From NCBI GenBank assembly GCA_030390025.1, contig CM059431.1:102798001-102862000 (forward strand): a stretch of 64,000 nt of DNA, given 5' to 3'. Position numbers and translations under genes: made by a program. Every line of letters starts with the position of its first letter. The stretch's first letter is position 1. Below are positions 55,261 to 64,000 of this stretch, piece after piece. A model generated the notes under the pieces. The model made no database searches. It saw only the letters and a list, made by a program, of their open reading frames with translations, and had not been told where the DNA came from. The DNA comes from Squalus acanthias. Taxonomy: Eukaryota.

Positions 55261-55344
55261 CCAACTCATCACCACCTTGCTAATGCTCCCACAGAGTCCA
55301 TTACTATTGGTGAACATAAGAATTAGGAGCAGGAGTCGGCCACA

Positions 55345-55966
55345 CGGCCCCTTGAGCCTGCTCCGCCACACGGCCCCTCGAGCCTGCTCCGCCACACGGC
55401 CCCTCGAGCCTGCTCCGCCACACGGCCCCTCGAGCCTGCTCCGCCCCACGGCCCCTCGAGCCTGCTCCACCACATGGCCCCTCGAGCCTGCTCCGCCACA
55501 CGGCCCCTCGAGCCTGCTCCGCCACTCGGCCCCTCGAGCCTGCCCCGCCACACGGCCCCTCGAGCCTGCTCCGCCACTCGGCCCCTCGAGCCTGCTCTGC
55601 CACACGGGCCCTCGAGCCTGCTCTGCCACACGGCCCCTCGAGCCTGCCCCGCCACACGGCCCCTCGAGCCTGCTCCGCCACACGGCCCCTCGAGCCTGCT
55701 CCGCCACACGGCCCCTCGAGCCTGCTCCGCCACACGGCCCCTCGAGCCTGCTCCGCCCCACGGCCCCTCGAGCCTGCTCCGCCACATGGCCCCTCGAGCC
55801 TGCTCCGCCACACGGCCCCTCGAGCCTGCTCCGCCACTCGGCCCCTCGAGCCTGCCCCACCACACGGCCCCTCGAGCCTGCTCCGCCACTCGGCCCCTCG
55901 AGCCTGCTCCGCCACACGGCCCCTCGAGCCTGCTCCGCCACACGGCCCCTCGAGCCTGCTCCGCCA
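55345..55966. repeat. 26-bp minisatellite (about 24 copies) derived from a CR1 3' UTR
   Basis: Unit CGGCCCCTCGAGCCTGCTCCGCCACA occurs as a single copy in other CR1 tails, e.g. near 16445 and 58217. Confidence 0.93.
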
Positions 55967-55974
55967 TTCAATAA

Positions 55975-56338
55975 TGCGGAGATGCCGGTGTTGGACTGGG
56001 GTGGACAAAAATGAGAAGTCGCACAACACCAGGTTATAGTCCAACAGTTTTATTTAAAATTACGAGCTTTCGGAGCTGCTGCTCCTTCTTCAGGTACAGT
56101 GAGGTAACACAAATCGATTACACAGTATATATATACAGAGAACAATGTGTCTGCAGAGATACAATCTGTCAGGGAGGCATTACATCAAAGACACATCAGA
56201 GTACAGCTAAGACAATGAGGTGGGGTCACAGGCGGTCCAACGTGTCAAATGCTGCCGTCTGCAGTTAAGCTTTTAACTTTTTTTTTAAAAACTGGAAAAA
56301 CAGACAACGATGTCGAGTCACGTTCTGTAGCATTGTAA
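55975..56338 (-). mobile_element. Penelope-like insertion carrying a family B hammerhead (56061-56096)
   Basis: 10-bp flanking duplication CATTCAATAA; UAC-CUGAAGA-A-GGAGC-AGCA-GCUCC-GAAA-GC-UC-GUA. Confidence 0.7.
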
Positions 56339-56537
56339 CATTCAATAAGATCACGGCTGATCATCAACCTCAACTCCACTTTCCCACCCAATCCCCATAT
56401 CCTTTGATTCCCCGAGAGTCCAAAAATCTATCGATCTCAGCCTTGAATATATTCAAAGACTCAGCATCCACAGCCCTCTGGGACAGAGAATTCCAAAGAT
56501 TCACCACCCTACTGAGTGAAAGTGTGGGTACTGACTG

Positions 56538-57380
56538 GTGAAAGCGGAGAGGTCAATAACCAGGGGACATAGATTTAAAGTAATTGGTAGAAGGATTAGA
56601 GGGGATTTGAGGGGAACTTTTTTCACCCAGAGGGCGGTGGGGGTCTGGAACTCACTGCCTGAAAGGGTGGTAGAGGCAGAGACCCTCATCACATTTAAAA
56701 AGTGCTTGGATATGCTCTTGAAGTGCCGTAACCTACAGGGCTACGGACCAAGAGCTGGAAAGTGGGATTAGGCTGGATCGCTCTTTGTCGGCCGGCGCAG
56801 ACACGATGGGCCGAATGGCCTCCTTCTGTGCCGTAAATCTCTACAATTCTATGATAAGTGGTGGGTATTGATTGGCTCGTGCTGTGTGGGTTCTACTGGA
56901 AGGAAATTGTTCACTTGTTGCTAAGTGCCACCTGTGGCTCAGTGGGCAGCACACTCGCCTCTGAGTCAGAAGGTTGTGGGTTCAAGTCCCACTCCACGGG
57001 ACTTGAGCACATAAAATCTAGGCTGACACTCCAGCGCAGTACTGAGGGAGCGCTGCACTGTCGGAGGTGCCATCTTTCGGGTGAGACGTTAAACCAAGTC
57101 TGCCCTCTCAGGTGGTTGTAAAAGATCCCACGGCACTATTTCGAAGAAGAGCAGGGGGGTTATCCCCGGTGTCCTGGGGCCAATGTTTATCCCTCAACCA
57201 ACATAACAAAAAAAACCCAGATTATCTGGTCATTATCACATTGCTGTTTGTGGGAGCTTGCTGTGCGCAAATTGGCTGCCGCGTTTCCCAAATTACAAAA
57301 AAGTACTTCATTGGCTGTAAAGCGCTTTGGGATGTCCGGTGGTCGTGAGAGGTGCTGTATATGAATCCAAGTCTTTCTTT
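56538..57380 (+). mobile_element. CR1 3' end (56538-56850) and Deu-SINE (56928-57380)
   Basis: Matches other copies in the window. Confidence 0.8.
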
Positions 57381-57852
57381 GTGGGGAGTGCGCATACCGC
57401 ATTAAGTTTGTTTTCTTCCCTTCCGACAGTCTCCTAATTATAAACACCAATCGTCTCCCCTTGGAATAATCCAGCTTCCCATTTCTGTTGCTGAGTGTTT
57501 AGCTGAAGCTCTGTCCTCAATTATTGCCCGGGGTGGCGGGCCACCGACTGTGATTCTTAACGCCACGGTTAAAAGAGTTGAGATCAATTAAAATTAGGCC
57601 CGCTTATAAGATATTGTGATGAAAGAGTAATTATTTTTAATTGCTGATACGTTTTTTTTTAAAATGCACACACCATTTATTAGAGGGACGTTAGAATACA
57701 AACCAGCAAATGGAAATGCCTCTGCTGGATAAAGTCTGCTGTTAGTTTGGGTGTCTATGAATTTACAGGCAAGTTTAAGGAAGGCAAAAAGAAGAGAAAT
57801 TCTAGTTGGGTAATGCTAGGCAGGTATTTGACTTACATGGTATTGCAAAGTA

Positions 57853-58535
57853 CTTACAGCACAGAAACAGGCCATTCGGCCCAACTGGTCTGTGCCGGTG
57901 TTTATGCTCCACTCAAGCCTCCTCCCACCACTCTTCATCTAACCCTATCACCATATCCTTCTGTTCCTTTCTCCCTCATGTGCTTATCTAGCTTCCCCTT
58001 AAATGCATCTCTGCTATTCGCCTCAACCACTCCCTGTGGTAGCGAGTTCCACATTCTCACCACTCTCTGGGTAAAGAACGTTTCTTCTGAATTCCCTGTT
58101 GGATTTATTAGTGGCTATCTTATATTGATGGCCTCTAGTTTTGAACTTCTATACAAGTCCTTTAGCATAAGAACGTAACATAAGAATATAAGAAATAAGA
58201 GCAGGAGTTGGCCATACGGCCCCTCGAGCCTGCTCCGCCATTCAATGAGATCGTGGCTGATCTTCGACCTCAACTCCACTTTCCCGCCCGATCCCCATAT
58301 CCCTTGATTCCCCTAGAGTCCAAAAATCTATCGATCTCAGCCTTGAATATACTCAACGACTCAGCATTCACAGCCCTCTGGGGCAGAGAATTCCAAAGAT
58401 TCACCACCCTCTGAGTGAAGAAATTCCTCCTCATCTCAGTCTTAAATGGCCGACCCCTTATCCTGAGACTGTGCCCCCTGGTTCTAGATTCTCCAGCCAG
58501 GGGGGAAACAACCTCTCAGCATCTACCCTGTCAAT
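57853..58535 (-). mobile_element. Two CR1 3' fragments
   Basis: CR1 tails and C-terminal motifs. Confidence 0.8.
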
Positions 58536-59489
58536 CCACAGTGACCATTCTCCATGTGTGAGCCTAGGCGTTGAATGTTGTATTATTTATCCGTACGGTG
58601 CACTCGATCTTCATTCGACATGAACGCACACATTTTCAAGCAAATGTCGCTGGACAGCAATCAGGAATAACAACCCATCTGCCTAGCCAAGGGATGCTAA
58701 GGCCAATTGTACTGTCCTGATAAATAAAATCACCTCGCTCGATGCAGACTCGGAATCGAATCTGGAACCTGCAATCAAGCACAAAATCCGTCAGGAAACT
58801 GATACATTAATTTCTAGACATTAATCACCGGCACCTTCAAGGTTAAGCCATTGAAACTCATTGGGCGCGAACAGATCGCGGAGAGTGTGACATTATTTCA
58901 CTTACAGCTTTACAATTGACAACTTCCATGCGTTTAATTATAGCCGCAGTCGTTTAAATGCGATTAAAGTTACGCAAGTGCAAAGCACACGTATAAATTA
59001 TGGAAATAAACAATCGCCACAGTCAAATTTATGTCTGTAAAATGTCATTGCTCAGCATTAAAGCTTACCTTGCCCGGAAATAAAGATACTCCCTGTGCAG
59101 CTTGGCAGGAACTTACCCACTGAGTGGAAGTAACTGAGTGAATTTTATCTAACAGTAAGGTAAGCTTTTACGCTATTCACTGATGTTTATTGATTTTAAT
59201 TTTATTTCGGTGATTATGTTTAGCGAGGAATTCTGGTAGATAATAGAGCTTGGCAGATAATTTGAGAACCTGGATATTTTGATAAGATCAATCCGAAACC
59301 GCCCCCATGATTTTAATTTATTGTTTCTGAGTCAGTGAGATTGATTTATGTCAGACATGGCGAGATTGGTGTTAGGGGGCTGAACAAGGAGGTGTGTCTC
59401 CCTTAAGGCTTGGTCCCTGGTGGTTAATGGACAAGTCGGACAACTGGAACCTTGATCATTGATATATTCTGTTACAAAGATAAAGAAGG

Positions 59490-59887
59490 AAAGACTTGCA
59501 TTTATATAGCGCCTTTCACAACCTCAGGACGTCCCAAAGCGCTTTACAGCCAATGAAGCACTTCTGAAGCATAGGGCTGGATTTTGATACTGGGGCGGGT
59601 TGGGGTCGTGTTAGCCACCCGACTGCAATTGGATGTGGGAGATTGATGCAATTTTCATCTAATTGGGCAATTGAGTTCCAGCATGTGGGAACCCATGACC
59701 CAATTAATGTTTTCAGTCTGAAGTCGCCTCTGATGATGTCATCATTGCTGCTGCATTGAAGGTCTGCAAAGACTGCCTGGCCTTTGCTGTGAGAGGACCT
59801 GGATGCAAAATGAGCAGCAGCAGTCCTAAGTCTGCTCCCAGATATTTTTACACCACCACTCCCAGATACAGACAGACAGACAGAGAC

Positions 59888-59921
<34 letters not shown>

Positions 59922-60370
59922 TCGGGACCAGTAGACATGATTTGATGACAATTGCATGGAGGCGGACTTGTGCCCGCCCGCCAGTTTTCGCAATTTTAAC
60001 CCGCCTCCACGGGTCAATGAAAATCCAGCCCATAGTCATTGTTGAAATGCAGCAGCCAAATTGCGCACAGCAAGCTCCCACACACAGCAATGTGATATTG
60101 ACCAGATAATCTGTTTTTGTTATGTTGATTGAGGGATAAATATTGGCCCCAGGAAATAGTGCCGTGGGATCTTTTACGTCCACCTGAGAGGGTAGATGGG
60201 ACCTTGGTTTAATGTCTCATCCAAAAGATGGCACCTCCGACAGTGCGGCGCTCACCCGGTACTGCACTGGGAGTGTCAGCCTAGATTTTGTGCTCAAGTC
60301 TCTGGAGTGGGACTTGAACCCACAACCTTCTGCTCTCAGAGGTGAGGGCTGCTGCCCCATGAGCCACGGC
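59490..60370 (-). mobile_element. Deu-SINE interrupted by a Harbinger-type MITE (59574-60031, TSD ATA)
   Basis: ATA|GGGCTGGATTTT...AAAATCCAGCCC|ATA; the SINE resumes after the insert. Confidence 0.85.
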
Positions 60371-60529
60371 AGAAGACTGCTCATGATCCCCCTGCTACCT
60401 TCGCTGTCACTCTGAGATCCTCTTCTTGACCATTCTTTCTCCCAAGATTCCACCTATCTGATCTATGCCTCCTGAGGTCCTCCCCACTTTTTTTTCTGTG
60501 TCTCTGAGGAGCTCCTACTCACTGCCTTT

Positions 60530-61120
60530 GTCCTTGTCCGCTGCTGCAACCCTCATCTGTGTCTTTGTTACCTCTAGACTCGACTATTCCAAACTTGCAC
60601 CCATTGTAAACTTCAGCTCATCCAAATCTCTGCTGCCCGTGTCCTAACTCGCACCAAGTCCCGTTCACCCATCACCCCCTGTGCTCACTGACCTACATTG
60701 GCTCCCGGTCCGGCAACGCCTCAATTTAAAAATTCTCATCTTTTTTTCACATCCCTCCATGGCCTCACCCCCTCCCTGTCTCTGTAACCTCCACCAGCCC
60801 TACAACCCCCCGAGATCTCTGCGCTCCTCCAATTCTGGCCTCTTGAGCATCCCCGATTTCCATCGCCTCACCATTGGTGGCCGTGCCTTCAGCTGCCTGG
60901 GCCCTAAGCTCTGGAATTCCCTCCCTAAACCGCTCCTCCTCTCTACCTCTCTCTCCTCATTTAAGATGTTCCTTAAAATCTACCTCTTTGACCAAACTTT
61001 TGGTCACCTGTCCTAATATCTCCTTATGTGGCTCTTTGTCCAATTTTGTTTGATAATCGCTCCTGCGAAGCGTCTTGGGACATTTTACTACGTTAAAGGC
61101 GCTGTATAAATACAAGTTGT
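60530..61120 (+). mobile_element. L2-clade LINE 3' fragment
   Basis: FVTSRLDYS, LHWLPVRQ and GGRAF motifs. Confidence 0.85.
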
Positions 61121-61411
61121 TAATGTCTCTGTGATTCCCCCTGTCCCTCTCCACGATTCCACAAGTCCATCTGTATCTTTGAAATCCCCTCCCACCTTCT
61201 CCTCATCTTCCAAGAATCAGTGACCTGTTCTGTTTCCAAGCTCCAATCCCTTAGTTCCTCTATGATCTTGCTGCCTGCTGTTTGTTCCCAAGATATTCTC
61301 CCCGATCACCAGCTGCTCTGTTAACTGAGGTGTTTGGAATAAATTACATTCAAATGTTACAAATAACAGTTTGTCACTCCTTTGACCATCACCTGAATTG
61401 TGGAAAAAAAT

Positions 61412-62230
61412 TATTACATAGGATATAAGGCACAGAAACAGGCCATTCGGCCCCACCAGTCCATGCCGGCGTTTATGCTCCACTCGAGCCTCCTCCCATC
61501 TTTCCTCATCTAACTCTATCAACATAACCCTCTATTCCCTTCTCCCTCATATGCTTGTCCAGCCTCCTCTTAAATGCATCTATACTATTCGCTTCAACTA
61601 CTCCTTGTGGTAGCGAGTTCCACATTCTCACCACTCTCTGGGTAAAGAAGTTTCTTCTGAATTCCCTATTGGATTTCTTGGTGACTATCTTATATTGATG
61701 GCCTCTAGTTATGCTCTTCCCCACAAGTGGAAACACTCTCTCTGTATCCACGCTATCAAAACCTTTCATAATTTTAAAGACCTCTATTAGGTCACCCCTC
61801 AGCCTTCTTTTTTCAAGAGAAAAGAGACCTAGCCTGTTCACCCTTTCCTGATATGTATACCTTCGCATTTCTGGTATCATCCTTGTAAATCTTCTCTGCA
61901 GCCTCTCCAGTGCCTCTATATCCTTTTTATAATATGGCGACCAGAACTGCACGCAGTACTCCAAGTGTGGTCTAACCAAGTTTCGATACAGGTTTAGCAT
62001 AACTTCACTACTTTTCAACACTATTCCTCTAGAAATAAACCCTAGTGCTTGGTTTAGTTTTTTTTAATGGCCTTGCTAAACTGTGGCGCTACTTTTAGTG
62101 ATTTGTGTATTTGTACTCCTAGATCCCTTTGCTCCTCTACCCCACCTAGACTCGCACCCTCCAAGTGATAAGTGACCTCCCTATTCTTCCTACCAAAATG
62201 TAAAACCTCACATTTATCTGTGTTGATATT
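61412..62230 (-). mobile_element. CR1 LINE 3' fragment
   Basis: ORF 61506-62021. Confidence 0.88.
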
Positions 62231-62569
62231 TATATGAATGATCAATCGCAGAAGTGGAATGATCGATATTGGTTTATTCTGTCATGGACTCCCCCTGTGT
62301 AGTTCACCAACGTGATGAGCAGATTAACGAGAGCACCAGACTGCACTGTTAGTGTTTTGGTTGTAAGTTAGTAACCTGACCTTTTTTCCAAAGCCTCTAA
62401 TCTCTCATAACAACAACAACAGTGACTACACTTCAAAAAGCACTTCATTGGCTGTAAAGAGCTTTGGGACGTCCGGTGGTCGTGAAAGGCGCGATAGAAA
62501 TGCCTTCTTTTCTTTTTTGATGGGATGTGAATAAATGACTTTATACGATTCGCATTTGACAATGTAAAC

Positions 62570-63120
62570 CAACAACAACAACAACTTGTATTTATATAGC
62601 GCCTTTAACGTAGTAAAACGTCCCAAGGCGCTGCACAGGAGTATTGTAAGACAAAAAATTTGACACCTGAGCCACATAAGGATAAATTAGGGCAGGTGAC
62701 CAAATGCTTGGTCAAAGAGGTAGGTTTTAAGGAGCATCTTAAAGGAGGAAAGAGAGGTAGCGAGGCGGACAGGTTTAGGCAGGGAATTCCAGAGCTTAGG
62801 GCCCAGGCAACAGAAGGCACGGCCGCCAAAGGTTGAGCGATTATAATCAGGGATGCTCACGAGGGCAGAATTAGAGGAGCGCAGATATCTCGGGGGGCTT
62901 GTGGGGCTGAAGGAGATTACAGAGATAGGGAGGGGCGAGGACATGGAGGGATCTGAAAACAAGGATGAGAATTTTGAAATCGAGGCGTTGCTTAACCGAG
63001 AGCCAATGTAGGTCAGCGAGCACAGGGGCGAACGGACCTTGGTGCGAATTAGGACACGAGCGGCCGAGTTTTGTATGACCTCAAGTTTATGTCGGGCGGA
63101 ACATGGCAGGCCAGCCAGCC
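62570..63120 (-). mobile_element. L2-clade LINE 3' fragment
   Basis: Same family as 31322-31950. Confidence 0.85.
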
Positions 63121-63754
63121 AGTACCAGTTATAACGCAGGTTTAGAATCCCACAAGTGGCCAGGCTGCAGCTTCTCTCTATAATAAAAACCTTGTGTGAG
63201 CTGCGGACTTGCTGCCCACGGACCTTGTTCTTACGATTTTTTTGGTAGTGGGTTCGTGCCAATTTCTTGTTGCGGCCCATGGCCAAGGTGTAGTTGCAGG
63301 CTCTTGCTGGTGGTGATGCTTCTGTGGCGTGAGTATCTGGAGCGTCTCTCTCCGCTCTCGCCATCTTGCATCAATGTAAAAGAAAACTTGTGTTCAACGC
63401 TGCCGGCAACTTACTGACAATACATACTTGTGTGTGAGAATTGATTGAAACAAATAATTGGCGACCTGACCGTAGCCCCTGAAGCAAAATGGTGCATATT
63501 AAACCATGTCTACTGAATTACTGACCATGGGTTGGCTGAAATTCCAACTCGCCTGCCATTAGGTGGGTTTTTTTCAACACTAAAAAGGAAAAAAAAAACG
63601 AGAAGGGGAGTGTGCATGGAGGAGTGCTGGGAGCCAAGTAGACCCACAGTTATCAAGGCTGGTGCTGAGTCGATTTAGACGGTGGGGTCCCTGATCACCA
63701 ATACATTGGAAAAGGGGTCCTTCAACCAAAACTGTTTGAGAACCGCTGACATAG

Positions 63755-64000
63755 ACTAGACTCGTGTTCCCTTGCGTATAGACGATTAAGGGGCGATCCA
63801 GTTGAGGTGTTTTAAGATGATTAAAGGGGTTGACAGGGTAGATAGAGAGAAACTATTTCCTCTGGTGGGAGGAGTCCAGAACAAGGGGGCATCACCTTAA
63901 AATTAGAGCCAGGCCGTTCAGGGGTGATGTCAGGAAGCACTTCTTCACACAAAGGCTAGTGGAAATCTGGAACTCTCTCCCCAGAAAAAGCTGTTGAGGC
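63755..64000 (+). mobile_element. CR1 fragment running off the window end
   Basis: RLRGD...FFTQR..IWNSLP coding remnant. Confidence 0.75.

Noticed and set aside
55066..56044. 200-300 aa repetitive ORFs, or a CRISPR-like array
   Set aside because: These are translations of a 26-bp minisatellite; there are no unique spacers and the context is eukaryotic.

Overview
Repeat-dense vertebrate genomic DNA. It is most likely from a cartilaginous fish (shark), inferred from abundant CR1/L2 LINEs, Deu-domain tRNA-SINEs (SacSINE1/AmnSINE1-like), HE1-like V-SINEs, PIF/Harbinger elements and Penelope-like repeats. One host gene is clearly recognisable: intronless METTL18 (histidine methyltransferase, + strand, 40087-41459) behind a CpG island built from about five CCAAT/CGTCA modules. 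Its acidic/basic loop is expanded into about 4.7 copies of an 87-bp repeat. The reading frame is broken by a 1-nt deletion in copy 1, and an in-frame G_GGA_AAC heptamer lies in the dual-open overlap; this could be an assembly error, a null allele or recoding. Other points of interest: two families of minimal hammerhead ribozymes in Penelope-like repeats; an intact 936-codon CR1 ORF2 with a doubled 3' UTR; a TIR/TSD-bounded Harbinger element; a 1658-bp solo-LTR-like insertion; a 26-bp minisatellite grown from a CR1 tail; a self-primed LINE foldback; an unexplained inverted hairpin-plus-motif pair; and low-confidence minus-strand exons. Boundaries of degraded repeats are approximate, and family names are from recollection rather than database searches.
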